Assembly (NCBI RefSeq): GCF_030028105.1
Contig: NC_092373.1
Location: forward strand, 53,872,699 to 53,936,698
Length of the DNA: 64,000 bases
DNA from: Mobula birostris
Taxonomy: Eukaryota
Direction of reading: 5' to 3'
The notes under the pieces are model-generated. The model was not told where the DNA came from, searched no databases, and was given only the letters and a program-made list of their open reading frames with translations. Positions 11,518-26,284 of this stretch are shown here, one piece after another; the first letter of the stretch is position 1, and every line of letters starts with the position of its first letter. Made by a program: the position numbers and the translations under genes.

Positions 11518-12200
11518 TGTTAAGATGCAACCCGTCCCTTCTGTACAATCCATCCTTACCCCAAAACAGATCCCAGTGGTCCAAGAATCTAAATCCCTGC
11601 CTCCCACACCAGCTCCTCAGCCACACATTCAGATCCCCAATCTCCCTGTTCCTGTCCTCTCCAGCACAAGGAACTGGAAGCAAACAGGAGATAACCACCC
11701 TGGAGGTCCTGCTTTTCAGCCTTCTTCTGAGTTCTCTGAAGTCACGCTGCAGAATTTCTTTCCTCATCCTCCTGACGTTATTTGTGCAGACATGCACCAC
11801 CATTTCCGGCTGTTCACCTTTACCCTTGAGGATACCCTGCAATCGGTCTGTGATGTCCTGGATCCTGGCACCAGGGAGGCAACACACCATCCTTAAATCC
11901 CACCTGTTGCCTCAGAAACCCCTTTCTGTACCTCTCATTATGGAGTCCCCTCCTACCATGGCTCTGCCTGACTTCTGTCTCCTTGTCTTTGTCTCAGCGC
12001 CAATTTTTGACTCGCAGGCCTGTCCGCCTCTCAAACTGGCACTGTCTTCTGTCCCGACAGCTTCCAAGAGGGCGAACCTGTTATCAAGAGGTACATCCCC
12101 CGGGGTGTCCTGTACTCCAAGCATCCATCGTCGCCCCCCCCCCCTTCCGGTATCTTCGGTGTAACAATGTCGCTGTAGGTCCTGTCCAGAAAACTCTCGG
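11518..12200 (-). mobile_element. CR1 ORF1 esterase (SGNH-like) region
   Basis: GDSIMRGTERGF, CCLPGARIQDI, VVHVCTNN, DGLHLN motifs. Confidence 0.8.
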
Positions 12201-12224
12201 TTTCCCGAATGAACCTGAGGTCAT

Positions 12225-15150
12225 ATAGGCCCAGTGGCATCAGATGCTCTGCAAATGACAAGCCATTCAATCCTGGGAACATTTTCGTGAACCTCCTTTG
12301 AACCCTCTCCAGTTTCAACACATCCTTTCTAAGATAAAGGCCCCAAACTGCTCACAATACTCCAAATGAGGCCTCACTAGTGCTTTATAAAGTCTCAACA
12401 TTACATCCTTGCTTTTATATTCTAGTCCTCTTGAAATGAATGCTAACAATGCATTTGCCTTCCTCACCACAGACTAAAACTGCAAATTAACCTCAAACAA
12501 GAGAAAATCTGCAGATGCTGGAAATCTGAGCAACACACACAAAATGCTGGAGGAACTCAGCAGGCCAGGCAGCATCTATGAAGAAAAGTACAGTCGATGT
12601 TTCAAGCCAAAACCCTTTGGCAGGACTGGAGAAAAAAAGCTGAGGAGTAGATTTAGAAGGTGGGGGTGGGGAGAGAGAAACACCAGGTGAGAGGTGAAAC
12701 CTGGAGGAGGAGGGATGAAGTAAAGAGCTGGAAAGTTGATTTGTGAAAGAGACAGAAGGCAATGGAAGAAAAAAAAGGGGGGAGAAGCACCAGAGGGAAG
12801 CGATGGGCAGGCAAGGAGATCAGGTGAAAGAGGAGAAAGGGGATGGGAAATAGTGAAGGTGTGGTGGGGGCCATTACCAGAAGTTAGAGAAGTCGATGTT
12901 CATGCCATCAGATTGGAGGCTACCCAAACAGAATATAAGGTGTTGTTCCTTCAACCTAGGTGTTGCCTCATCAAACAGTGGAGGCGGCCATGGATAGACA
13001 TATCGGAATGGAAATGGGAAGTAGAATTAAAATGGGTGCCCAGTGGGAGATTCCGCTTTTTCTGGTGGAAGGAGCACAGGTGCTCAGTGAAGCAGTCTCC
13101 CAATCTACGTCAGGTCTCACCAATATACAGGAGGACAGACCAGGGGCATTATACTCAGTATATGACCCCAACAGACTCACAGGTGAAGTGTCGCCTCACC
13201 TGGAAGGGCTATTTAAGGCCCTGAGTGGTCGTGAGGGAGGAGGTGTAGGGGCAGGTGTAGCACTTGTTCTGCTTGCAAGGATAAGTGCCAGGACGGAGAT
13301 CAGTGGGCAGAGACGAATGAACAAGGGAGTCGCATAAGGAGCGATCCCTGCAGAAAGCAGAAAGTGGTGGGGGGTGCAGAGGAAAAGGTGAGTTTGGTGG
13401 TGAGATCCCATTGGAGATGGCGGAAGTTTCAGAGAATTATGTGCTGGACGCAGAGGCAGGTTGGGTGGTAGGTGAGGACAAGAGAAATCCTATCCCTGGT
13501 AGGGTGGCAGGAGCATGGGGTAAGAGATGATGTGAGTGAAATTGAAGAGATGTGGTTGAGGGCAGCATTAATGGTGGAGGAAGGGAAGCCCCTTTCTGTG
13601 AAGAAGGAAGATATCTCCTTCATTCTGGAATGAAAAGACTCATCCTGAGAGCAGATGCGGTGGAGACGGAGGAATTGAGAGCAAGGGGTGGCAAGTAAAA
13701 AGTGGTACAAGTAACAAGGTGGGAAGAGGTCGTCCAAGTAGCTGTAACAGTCTATAGGTTTATAATAGACATCAGTGGATAAACTGTCTCCAGAAATAGA
13801 GACAGTGAGATCAAGAAAGGGGAGCGAGATGTTGGAAATGGGGCTGGTAAACTTGAGTGTACGGTGGAAGCTGGAGGCAAAGTGGATGAAGTTAACAAGT
13901 TCAGCATGGGTGCAGGAAGCGGCACCAATGCAGTCATCGATGTAGTGTAGGAGAAGTGCAGGACAGTCACCAGTGTAGGCTTGGAAGGTAGACTGTTCCA
14001 CGTAGCTGACAAATAGGCAGGCATAGCTGGGACCCATGGGAGTGTCCGTGGTTACACCTTTTGTTTGAAGGAAGTGGGAGGAGCCAAAGGAAAAATTATT
14101 TAGTGTGAGGACAAGTTCTGCTAGGCAGAGGAGAGTGGTGGTGGAAGGAAACTCAGGATTCCTACACAAGGACACCCAAGTGTCTTTATCCTCAGATTTT
14201 TGTATTTTCTCTCCATTTAGAAAATAGACAACCCTTTCATTTCTTCTACCTAAGTTTATGACCATACACTTCTCGATACTGTATTCCATCTGCTATTTCT
14301 TTGCCAATTCTCCTAATATGTCTAAGACCTCTGAAGCCTCCCTACTTCCTCAAAACTACCTGCCCCTCCACCTACTTTCATATTGTCTGCAAACTTTACA
14401 ACAAAGACACAAATTCCATCTTCTAAATCATTAACACATCATGTAAAAACAATCAGTTGCAACACCACTAGTCGCTGGCAGCCAGCCAGAAAAGGTTCCG
14501 TTCAATCTCATCATTGCCTTCCGCCAATCAGCCGCTACTTTATTCATGCTAGAATCCTTCCTGTAATACGATGGGCTCGTAGTTTGTTAGGCAGCCGCAT
14601 TAGTAACACTTTGTCAAATGCCTTCTGAAAATCCAAGGACACACCACCAACCGATTCTTCTTTGTCTATCCTGCCTGTTATCTTTTCTCCCCCAAAGAAC
14701 TCTGCCAGATTTGTAAGATCTTCAGTTGTGGAAACCATGCTGATTGTGGCCTATTTTATCATGTGCCTCCAAGTACTCTGAGGCCTCATCCTTAATAACT
14801 GACACCAACATCTTCCCAATCACTGAGGTCAGACTAACTGGCCTGTAGTATCCTTTCCTCTGCCTTTCTCACTTCTTGAAGAGTGGAGTGACATTTGCAA
14901 ATTTCCATTCTTCTGGAATCATTCCAGAATCTAGTGATTCTTGAAAGATCATTACTAATGCCTCCATGATTTCTTCAGCCACCTCTTTCAGAACTCTGGG
15001 CTGTACATCATCTGGTCCAGGTGACTTATCAAACTTCAGACCTTTCAGTTTCCCCAAGAACCTTTTGTCTAGTTATGGAAACTTCACACCCTTTGACACC
15101 TAGAACTTCCACCATACTGCTAATATCTTCCACAGTGAAGACTGATTCAA
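12225..15150 (-). mobile_element. CR1 LINE RT region interrupted by a Penelope element
   Basis: KSPGPDDVQPRVLKE, LDFQKAFDKV, LERVQRRFT motifs. Confidence 0.8.
12496..14153 (-). mobile_element. Penelope-like element, RT + GIY-YIG + 3' repeat, degraded
   Basis: LVLTLNNFSF, MGPSYACLF, YIDD, LPFLD, VYYKP PLE-RT motifs; degenerate hammerhead at about 12592-12628. Confidence 0.85.
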
Positions 15151-15309
15151 ATGTACTTGTAATTCCACAGCTTCTGAGTTGTGGTAATACAAATGAATAA
15201 CAAGGAGATAAAATTAGGTTCTTTTCTTGCTGAAGGTAATCATTGTTACTTTACGTTTATAATCCAAGCTTGAATGGAGCCATAGAGGTATCACAGCTCT
15301 GTAATGGAT

Positions 15310-15640
15310 AGCATAATGGTACAACCAGTAGAACTGCTGCTTTGAAGCACCATTAACCCAGGTGCAATCTTAACCTCTGGTGCTATCTGAAATTCACACA
15401 CTGTCCCTATGACTTCATGGGCTTTATGCCAATACCCGAGTTTCATCCCATATGCTGAAGACATGGGTGGAGAAGTTAATCATTAATCATAAAATTGCTC
15501 CTAGTACTTGGATGAGTCATAGAATCTGGGCAGGGGTGGGGTGGGGGGTGTTTGATAGGAACATGGGAAGAATAAAATGGGATCAGTGTAAAAAGATACT
15601 TGATTGTGTGAATTCAGTGGGCAGAAGGGACCATGTTCTA
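15310..15640 (+). mobile_element. Degraded SINE (elasmobranch HE1/V-SINE-like)
   Basis: tRNA-like head and central domain by pattern; similar pieces at about 21110-21420 and 30140-30300 (minus). Confidence 0.4.
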
Positions 15641-15969
15641 TGACCTTAATAAACCGGATACCTCATGACAGCAAATATTTGCATTAACTGGAATAACAAA
15701 ATCTGATCAACTTTTGCACCATAAACAGATTTCAGTAAATAAATCTCTTCTCTCAGGAGGGTAGATGTAAATGGAAGATGTAACCGAGCCTATCCATTTG
15801 TGGATGCAAACATTCAAGAACTGGAGCCTGGTCTTTCATCATTTGGACCAGCTTACCACTGGCCCTTGCTCTGTCCACCATCATTGCAAATGCAGGCCTC
15901 TTCTATCCTGTGGGATCCTTAGGAGCAACAATAAGGATTCAACCCTGATTGAGAGTATCGTCAATAATT

Positions 15970-16500
15970 TTGGGCCCCGTATCACGGAATGGATATGTTG
16001 TTCTTGGAGAGAGTCCAGAGGTGGTTCACAAGGATAATTTCAGGAACGAAGGGGTTAACATATGAGGAGCATTTGGCAGCTGTGGGCCGGCACTCACTGG
16101 AATTCAGAAGAATACATGGGAATCTCATTGAAACTTATCAAATGTTGAAAGGATTAGTTGGGGCGGATGTGGAGAGAATGTTTCCTGTGGTGGGGGTATC
16201 CAGAACTAGAGGTCACAGTCTCAAAATTGAGGGGCAACCTTTCAGAACAGAGTTAAGGAGGAATTTTCTTTAGCCAGAGACTAGTGAATCCGTGGAATGC
16301 TCAGCCACAGAATGCGGTGGAGGCCAAGTTCATGGGTATATTTAAGATGCAAGTTATTAGTTTCCTGATTGGTGAGGCCATCAAAGGATATGGCAAGAAG
16401 GCACGTGTATGGGGTTGAGTGGGATCTGGTGTCAACCATGCTGGAATGCTGGAGCAGACTAGATGGGCTGAATGGCCTCATTCTGATCCTGTGTCTTATA
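15970..16500 (+). mobile_element. CR1 LINE 3' fragment
   Basis: LERVQRWFT...GNLIETY...TRGHSLK. Confidence 0.8.
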
Positions 16501-18989
16501 GTCTAATATCAACAGTCTTGATTGTCACTCTGTTATCGCCTAGAACTCAGACACTCTGATAGTAATATCACTAATTTGAGTCCAACATTTTACTCAGGGT
16601 AGTGATGCCACCATGGCTAGTTAAAGAACAAAGTGATGGATATGTTTTTTTTCTGGAAATGATAAAGCAGATAGTTTTTTTGGGAGTGGGGGAGCCATCA
16701 CTAATACGCTGATCTAATATTTCAATGTCTCCCTTTTGACATTCAAACATGTCATCCTAAGGAACATGGAATCCGCTAGCTATCTTGTAACATGCCCTAT
16801 CACTGGATCATGCAAAGTAGGATTTATACCACTGGTGATCCCCTATTTTCTCCCCTTTCATTTCTCAAATAGTGAAGATGTATTTACTAGCCTCATCCAG
16901 AACAATTGCAAAATATTCAGAATCTATAAAGCAATCTCTTTCAAAACTCAGATGAACATCAGGGTCCTTTAGATTATATATTTATAGTCAGACCAATATA
17001 TTCCACCCAACTTCTTCATTCTCACTAGTGTTCTGATTTTTGTTTTAAATGCAGATTATTTTGTGTAATTTTTTGTGAAAATGAAGTTTAGTCCCCACTA
17101 TTAATTATCCCATCTCTCCAATTCTTCCTAAAGTGATAGATATTTTTCCCCTAAATTCTGTCGCTAGGGACATCATTTTGCTGCTTGGATAACATGTAAG
17201 GAACTGCAAATACAGGTAAAAGTATAACTATTCCCCACACTTCCAACATCCCACCCATCAACTTTTGATTTTATAATTGAGGGAAAATGATTTATTGTAC
17301 AGCTGAAGACAGGTAAGCAAAAGGATAATGGGAGCTGGATATCCCATGTTATTATTGGTGCCAAATCAGCTACATTGTACAGCTATCCCATGAACTGCAA
17401 ACTGCCAGATATTGCTGGTCATTTTGCAGCATTCCATTAATATAAAGACATGATTAATAAGAAATATCCTTTTGAAAATGTGTTCACTGATCGATCAACT
17501 CCTCAATTTTCTCCATTGTCTCTGCCTCTTGCTTCAACTGCTTTCTCCATTTCTAAGAATGAGTTAACCCACTAATTTTCCATTGCTTATTCTTTGTTTT
17601 TCCTCTCTTCTTCCATTATGAGGAGTTACCAGATCTGGTATTGGCTAACTCTGGCTTTTCATGGATAGTAAAATTTGAAACCATAAGTAAGAACAAGTCT
17701 ATCCAAAATTAATATACAAGATGCCTTGTGTTGTAAAGCGTGGTCAAATTTTATTCCTTTCTAATTTCAAGTTGTGAATACTAGGAAAGAGAATTTCTAG
17801 CTTGATATGATAATGGTGAAAAATGCAAGAAAAATAATAGTAGCAACAATCTCAATATAATTAAACCATTATATCAAGATAACAGAAAGTTCAAAAATGG
17901 AAGAGAATCTTAAAATACAAACTTTTAAATGGACATGAATAAGCAAATAAGACAAATATACAGCAAATCAAGAAAACATCAATCACAGTACAAAAAAAAT
18001 TATTGAATAAGGCATTCTGAAGTGCACTGAGTTTTCTTTGAGAAAGGACAAGGGAAAGCACAGGAAGAACAATCTCCACAAAATCATTTAGAGCAGCCAA
18101 GGATAAAGGACTAACTGGGGAAATTCATTTTTTGGAAAAACAATGTAATTTTAAAAAGATTTTCATTTATTTTTATGAACAATAAAAGTGCAGCAGATTA
18201 AGTACATAGACATTTTAAATTATATTCTTGAGATGGATGTGATGATAAAGTCAATTCCAACAATTATTGTTATTTCTGAGTCACCCTTTTAAGGCACCTT
18301 TACGTTGTCCTGGTGTAGATGTTCCCTTAAAAATAGTATCTAATGTAACAACGAGGAGGTACAGAATCTTGGTGGGGGGGGGGGGGGAAGGCCAGGTGGT
18401 GATGTTACCAGGTATGAACTGCCCCTGTTATTCTGGCTAATGGAAAATGTGCGTAGTTGAGTTACTGCTGGACAGTTGCTGTAGATGCATTGGATATTTA
18501 TGAATACTTGCCATGACACAACATATTCATCGGGAAGCTGTTTTGTTCTAATTATGAAATTTAAATTAATTGTTTTTTTTAAACTAGATTTAAAATTAAC
18601 TGGACAAGTTATAATATACTATTGTTTTTTCAGGCAGTTCACAAGCAGCACAACAAATATATGCAGTCATCGTTCAAAAATATTAGTAATGATCACTGCA
18701 GTACAATCAGTTTTTCATGAATTGACTGAATACTACTCATCGCTGGTTCAAAAAAAAAGTTAGTACAGAAGCAAGCACCAGCAAATATTGAAGCATGATT
18801 AAGAATCAGCTAGTAAACAAAAATAAACACACGATATTCTTGGCAAGTTCGTAAATTAGAATAGCAGGCACATCACCAAACAAGTTTAAATAAATGAATA
18901 TGGCAGTGTACAACACCATAGCATTAAATTGATGTTGGCAGGCATTAAATGGAAAAGACAAGATTTTAGTGCAAATTGGCATGACCCTA

Positions 18990-19620
18990 GCACTCAACAT
19001 CCACTATTTCAGTAGTTTTGCGTATTGATTTACAACCTCATCCTATTACTGCAATTTTTGGGTTACCATGGACTCTAATCATTTATCCCCTTCAGCTTGC
19101 TGTTTGATTGCATTTGTTACATTAATAGCTAGAAGATCCATTTTATTTAAATGGAAAGATTCTAATCCCCCTACTACATTTCAATGGTTTTCCCAAACTA
19201 TAACATGGTTAAACTTGGGAAAAAAAAATAGGAGTGGTACTATCGATCCTTCAGTTAAATTTGAAAAAACTTGGAGGCCATTTATTCAACATTTTCATAT
19301 GATGTAAGCTGACCTTTTCTGAATCCTTTCCAATGACTTTTTGTTTGTGTATAGAGGAGCGGGATTAATGACAAATAATGATTTTAACCAATGAAACAGC
19401 AGCCCAGCCTTTGTTGTTTTTTTTTAGTGTAGGGGAACATTTTCTTTGTATAAAATTTTTTGAATCTTTTTCATGTTCAGTTATTAAGAGATTGGGAAGC
19501 TTAAATTACATACGCTACTCGGAGTCTGTGTCTGTATACGTTAACCGTTATTAACGTAATCCCGATCTCTTTATCATTATCATTGTTTATCAATTCAAAA
19601 CTTAATAAAAAAGATTGAGA
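18990..19620 (+). mobile_element. L1-clade LINE 3' end
   Basis: LIAFVTLIARRSILFKWKDSNPPT...FEKTWRPF ORF2 C-terminus; AATAAAAAA near 19604. Confidence 0.7.
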
Positions 19621-22600
19621 AAGAACCAACACCCACATGACAAAGGTCCTCTATAAATCTGCACCCTCTGCACAAACAGATAAATGTCAACTACTCCTCA
19701 AACTCTTGGGAGTTATCAGTTGATGAAGGTAGACACTGATCATATTTATGTATGTCTTCAATAAGCTAACATAGCCTTTTGTCCGTGATAAGAGGGTGTT
19801 GAAGATATTAAAATAAAACCTTAAACATGGCATGAAACTAATGATCTGCTAGACAGCCACGAGTCCTGTCCTCCTTTGACATCTGAACTACCTATAACAA
19901 ATCCCTCAAAGTATTTGAAAGATACCACCACAACAAAATCCTGGAAGGTTTAGTAAATCAATGACATCTTCTCCCTGGTCAGTATTCTCAGGATCAAAGC
20001 CTTGATACACTCAGTCTGCCCCTTTGGACAGCCCAGCTCATTTGCATATACAGTAATACAGACATTTGTCAAGGTTTTCCTCCAAACCTCTTGACAAAAT
20101 ACAAATCCCAACTGACTCTTTGGAATTCTTGGCACGATTGCTTGAAGTGGTAATGGAACAATTGAGATGGTATTAGAGCCTCAAGTTCATGCACTGAAAA
20201 CACACAGAAGCCCTGCATAAATGGCAGAGGAGCTCAGCACCTCACAAACTGCCCACCTGTCAGGCACTTCCAGTCCCATCGGTGGAAGAGTCAGGATCCA
20301 AAGTTGACTCACTATTCACTTCAAAACCTGAGAGGAAGCAAAGTCATACTCAATTCAATGTGACACCAGAGAAGATGCCAGTGAACATACAACTTAATAC
20401 AGCACAAAATAGTCCTTTACTAAACACACTAAATCTAATCTGGCTGCTGCATTTTCAAGGATTCCTTGTAACATCTGCAAGAATGAAACCTGCACAAGCC
20501 CAGTTGTGCCAATGGTAAAATCAGGATAGTCATTTAAAAATATCATGCCTTGCCTTCCGTTCATTAATTAGTGAACCAGAAGTTTGAAAACAAATTTTGT
20601 TGCCAATAACTGCAGAGATCATCAGAAATATGGAAAAAATAAACATTTCATAAGATTTCTTAACAAGATCAATTAAAAAAAAAACAAATCTTTATATATT
20701 TTTCTGCTAATGGATGAATTAACTATTTGGAACATAATTCTTTTCTTTTAATGAGGTAAAATGAAGCAGAAACAAGTATGTTTCATTCTTGGTGCAAAAA
20801 AAATCCATTTGTCTTTGATTACAAAGAGAAACCTCGGCTGATACTTTTTAAAGAGCCAAAGACAAAAGTTACAAGAGAAGAATAGTTAGTGATTTGAGAC
20901 TGGGGAATATTTGAAATTATAAGTTTCTTGATGAAAATTTCAGACTAGTTTTCCTTCAGAACCAACTTGACCTGTGTCAAACATCCCTCACTCTGCCATC
21001 TATTTAATTTGATGGAAGGAAGATCTGACATCAGTGAGCAAACTAAAAAATCTGATATCTATTCTCTGGCAGATGTTAAATTTTAAAAACAACCCAGCCA
21101 GATGGTTTATACTGCTGCCACTTGGCTCCAGAAATCAGCATTGATCCTAGCTTCAGACATTGCCTGTTTTCATGTTTTTTTTTTCCTTTAACGTCATGGT
21201 CTTCCTCCAGGTGTGCTGGTTTTCTATGACAAATGGAAGTAGCAATAGTTAGTAAATTAATTAGCAACCATAAATTGCCTTAAGTGCAGTTTAACTGGTA
21301 AGAGAATTGGGTGGGAGAGGGAGTTGAAGTTGATGTGAGTGAAAATGTAATTAGTGTGGATGGGTTTTGGATCAACACAGTGCAAAGACCAAAAGGCTTG
21401 GTTTCATGGCTATATAATTCTACAGCTCAATGACCAGTGATAATGAGTTAATTTATTCTCAAAACACAACTTAAGTTTGAAATCAGATGTGGAAGCACAC
21501 GGTTGTTGGTCATTGCTTTCATGGGCAATAGTCTTTATATTTAAAGAACATCAAATGAATTTAACCTGGGGGAAAAAACTTCAAAAGTTTCTAGCAGCTT
21601 GCCTATAAATGGTTGTGAAAGTTGGTAGTTTGTTGACAATCAAAATCAATTACAAATTACTAAAATCCAGAAGAAAAGTATTTATACTATTGAGATAACT
21701 AAATATGTCAATACACAGATAATTTAAGAGACTACTAGACAGGTATATGCAGGAATTTAAGGTGGGAGGTTATATAGGAGGCAGGGTTTGAGGGTCAACA
21801 CAACATTGTGGGCCGAAGGGCCTGTAATGTGCTGTACTATTCTATATTCGATTTAGTAAATGCTGAATAAACTCAAAGTTCTCAGTTTGCAATTAGCTTT
21901 CAGTTATGAGTAAACGGATTGTCCAAATGTAGGATTTGGAAGTGACTGAAACCCAAGTCAATCCCACTTAGTGACAAATTCAGTGCTACAGCAACATCAG
22001 ATCTATGTCAATTGATTGAAATTTCACCAACAAAATGGAGATTGGTAACAAAAGGAGAGGTTTTCTCCTTCCATAAAGAATTTTGAATGACTGAGAAAGA
22101 AATATACCACTTGGATCCATGTAGATATTAATTTCAAATCCATGTTATTTAACACATTCTCCTCAGATCAATAAATATTTCAGACTATAGGAAAATTCTG
22201 ATAAGTTTAAATGACAAAATTTGGAAATTATGAACCAGATGTGACAATAGTTGGAACAAAATGCAAATCAGATTAATAGAATAATCCAACATTTAATATT
22301 TGTTTTTATAATTTAAATAAAGCAAATCATAATGTGGAAATCAACATTGTTCAAAAGGTCTTTTAAATACAAGTAGGTTTCTGTCACTGAGTTTCTCTAA
22401 TAGCTAAATATTTCTACTGTAATGCTCGCATATAGTTTTCAAAAATAAGTTGAAAGTGAATGTTTCATTATATCAGAATGCCACAAAGCAGTTCATATTT
22501 AATAGATAACTATTTTTAATTATGTTACTTAATAAGGAAGCTATTTTGAAAATGGGAGTATTTCATAAACAGCCAATGCATTGAATGAATACTTCATCTT

Positions 22601-23868
22601 ATCATGGAGCTCTTAATGTAGAGAGAAGGATTGGCTTGAACATCATAATTTCAAACTCTACTTGAAATAATCACAACCACCTATTTTTCATAATCATCTA
22701 AAAAGAGGACGGTGTCTTAGTTTAACATCTTATCCAAAGATGATGTCCCCACTGTTGCAGGCACATATTAATTTATATTATATTGTCCAAATCCTTGACA
22801 GACGATCTGTTGAATAACGATCTTTGGATTGAATGATTGCCACTACATGATATCACAGTTGGTTTAGCTAAAGGAATAAAGGCATTTCACTGTTGCAATC
22901 TTGTCTTCATTTGATATATACAAGGTAGCTTTATGGAAATTAAAGTAACCAGAAGGACTATAGACAGAAATAGTAAATTGAATGAAATCCATTTAATGTA
23001 CATTATACAAGGCTGTTATTTTGCTTCTTTGATATGTCAGAAAAGGACGTTTCTCTTTTTACAGATGCTGTATGACCTGCTGGGTGTCTATGAAATTTTC
23101 TTTTCCTTTTCTCTGCTGCTCTGATGTCATCCAAGTTTATTCCAATTTATTTTGTTTTATAAAATTAGTTTAAATAGCTGTAGCGCCTTGCTGAATTTAC
23201 ATTTCATCCCCACCCCCCTACATGGGATGAAACAAAATTAAAGGTGAAATGTATGATAGAAACATCAAAACAAGGTGACCTTAGAATAATTCTTACAGGC
23301 AAGTCTCTACACTTAACTCCACTATCAGGTTAAGCCATATTGTGTGGTAAAGTTTCACCGATATGGTACTGCAATTTTGTAAGAAGGTAAACATTTAACA
23401 CAATAGTATCTTTAATGTAACTAGTCCCAAAATATTTATATGAATTTGCAATTCAAAATGTAGCCATTGTTGCAATTACTAGATTTACTAGACCAATTGT
23501 GCTCTTAAGTAATTGCACAGTAATGTTCACTTTCAGTGGAGAGGCAGTAAGCTTGCCAATTTTTCTAACAGGCATGCAATTTGCTTTAGAGCCTCTGTTT
23601 AAATTTATCTTATATGACATCTGAAATAATGCAACTTGATGGATATCTATGAAATGAATGTTGTTGCACAAGTAGGCAATTTTTAAACTCCAACATAAAA
23701 AGCCTAATTAAAATTAGTGCTATACATAACCAGCACTACTTGTAGCATACGACAATCATCTGACATACTCAAAATAAACATTATAAAACTGATAAAATAC
23801 TTTCTTTTTTCACAGTCTCCTGAACACCGGCCAAGAGATCCAATTTTCATTAAATTCCATCTATGAGC

Positions 23869-24036
23869 TCAATTATTCCTCTTGCACCGCCACGTGGATG
23901 GATGCTCATTTTGTAGATTTCTGAATTTTTTCCCATACCGGAGCCACCATGCAAGTCCAAAGAAAATGCAGAATATAGATTCTACATAGTAGCCATCAGT
24001 TATTGTTGAACATGAACCACCAGATTTAACACAAAG
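23869..24036 (-). CDS. SLC33A1: SLC33A1 coding exon 6 (last, ends in TGA)
   Basis: ATACAG|LCVKSGGSCSTITDGYYVESIFCIFFGLAWW...WRCKRNN*. Total CDS 736+194+185+118+216+168=1617 nt = 538 aa + stop. Confidence 0.95.
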   Translation of the reverse strand, partial: LCVKSGGSCSTITDGYYVESIFCIFFGLAWWLRYGKKFRNLQNEHPSTWRCKRNN

Positions 24037-25199
24037 CTGTATGGGGACAAAAAAAGGAGAAAGTTTCAATTATAATCCAGACGTTTATATTTATTGTGAT
24101 CAAGCATGAAAAGCACTCACACAGACAATACTATAGATCAGTTTTCCCAACCATTTTTAGCCCAACACCCCCGTAAAGCACTTTCATAATTGCCAATGCC
24201 CCTCTTAGACAATACACTTTCCTGTGCCCCCATAGTGTAAAAACATGTTGACCAAAACCTGACATGAGAGAAATGATTCACACTTTAAATTTTTATTTGT
24301 TTTTAAAAGCAGCTTACACAGTACCTTTGCGCTGTACAGCAGCTTCGAGATCAATGTGATCCTGAACTTGATGGTTATTTGCAAGAGTTGAAATATCTGG
24401 TTCAAATTGTGACAGCAAAAGCCTTAAGTCCCCACATGTAACAATGTCCAAGCAGTTTGCTTTTTGTGAGTATGTGGTTCACTGCACTGAAGCTTCCTTC
24501 AACAAGGTAGGAGGATGGAAATGCAATGAAGAGCAGTTTGGTTCTTCTCCAAAGACCAGGAAACTTCATATAACATAGTAGCCACATACCACAAAATTTG
24601 ACATTTTTCTAAAGCATTTTTGCGTTTTCATCATTCTGAATTTTGATAATTTCTTTTTGCAAGCTCTCTTCCTGTTCTTCCACCTTGCAAAGATATGGGT
24701 TAATTGCCCAGTCCAGAATTTCCAGATTGTTTAAATCCTTGGATCAACTCTGAAGATTCTTCGGTGACTGCAGGTGTAAGCAGTACACCTGCAAATTACC
24801 ATCTATGAAAGAGATTGTCATACTTTCCATGCAGAGAAACTGAGAATGTTCTTCTCCCAATGTTATTTCCAATTTTCTGATAAAAGTGGACACTGCACTT
24901 ATTGCCAATTTAAATTCTCGCCCTGCAGTTTCATATTTAGAATGTTCATTTTATCATACAGATTGGCTAGGTATGCCACATCTCCACATACAAGTTCAAT
25001 CTTGAGCAAAAATTCAAGCAGTGTCAAAAATTTCAAAGAAACATTTTAAGCAACAGCCTTTTGATCACCAATGCACTTCAGTGTGAAGAAGCAAGCGTAC
25101 AAACACTTCATCATTATCTTGGCATAACTGGTGAAATATTTTGCTATTTAATGGATGTGCTTTAATCTTGTTGATAGCAGATATTACAAGAGTCATACT

Positions 25200-26141
25200 C
25201 TGTACTTTATTGTCGCCAAACAATTGATACTAGAACGTACAATCATCACAGCGATATTTGATTCTGCGCTTCCCACTCCCCGGATTACAAATTGATAGTA
25301 AATATTAAAAATACAAATTATAAATCATAAATAGAAAATAGAAAAATGGAAAGTAAGGTAGTGCAAAACAACCCAGAGGCAGGTCTGGATATTTGGAGGG
25401 TACGGCCCAGATCTGGGTCAGGATCCGTTCAGCAGTCTTATCACAGTTGGAAAGAAGCTGTTCCCAAATCTGGCTGTACTAGTCTTCAAGCTCCTGAGCC
25501 TTCTCCTGGAGGGAAGAGGATCGAAAAGTGTGTTGGCTGGGTGGGTCGTGTCCTTGATTATCCTGGCAGCACTGCTCCGACAGCGTGCAGTGTAAAGTGA
25601 GTCCAAGGACGGAAGATTGGTTTGTGTGATGTGCTGCGTTGTGTTCTCGATCTTCTGCAGCTTCTTTTGGTCTTGGACAGGGCAACTTCCATACCAGGTT
25701 GTGATGCACCCTAGAAGAATGCTTTCTACGGTGCATCTATAAAAAATAGTGAGGGTTTTCTTTAGTTTTCTCAGGAAGTAAAGGCGCTGGTGGGCCTTCT
25801 TGGCAGTGGACTCTGCTTGGTTGGACCAAGTCAGGTCATTTGTGATATTGACCCCGAGGAACTTAAAGCTTTTGACCTGTTCCACTTGTGCACCACCGAT
25901 GTAAATTGGGTCGTGCGGTCCACTACTCCTTCTGAAGTCAACAACCAATTCCTTTGTCTTGCTGATGTTGAGGGATAGGTTATTGTCTTCGCACCATGCC
26001 ACCAGGTTCTTAATTTCCTTTCTGTACTCAAACTGATCATTACCCGAGATACAGCCTACAATTGTTGTGTCATCAGCAAACTTATATATTGAGTTCGATG
26101 GAAACCTGGCTACACAATCATGGGTGTACAGTGAGTACAGC
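25200..26141 (-). mobile_element. Rex1/Babar-type LINE, 3' part
   Basis: YSLYTHDC, KFADDTTIVG, LNISKTKELVVDF, KAHQRLYFLRKL, SFFPTVIRLLN. Confidence 0.85.
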
Positions 26142-26284
26142 CATTGAATAAAGTTGCTGGTTGAGGTTTTGACTGCAAGATGTTGACAAATTACACAATG
26201 AATTGCAAACAGACTTGGAATTTCTTTTTCATAAACGTAGCAACCTGTCATATATTGTGCTCCATTTGTTGCACAAGAAATACT

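Noticed and set aside
13429-14289. 286-aa ORF as a CR1-Penelope hybrid RT
   Set aside because: Insertion boundary at about 14153 joins two unrelated fragments; the PLE part frameshifts.
19620-20380. Possible RTE-type LINE remnant
   Set aside because: Too degraded to support a call by eye.
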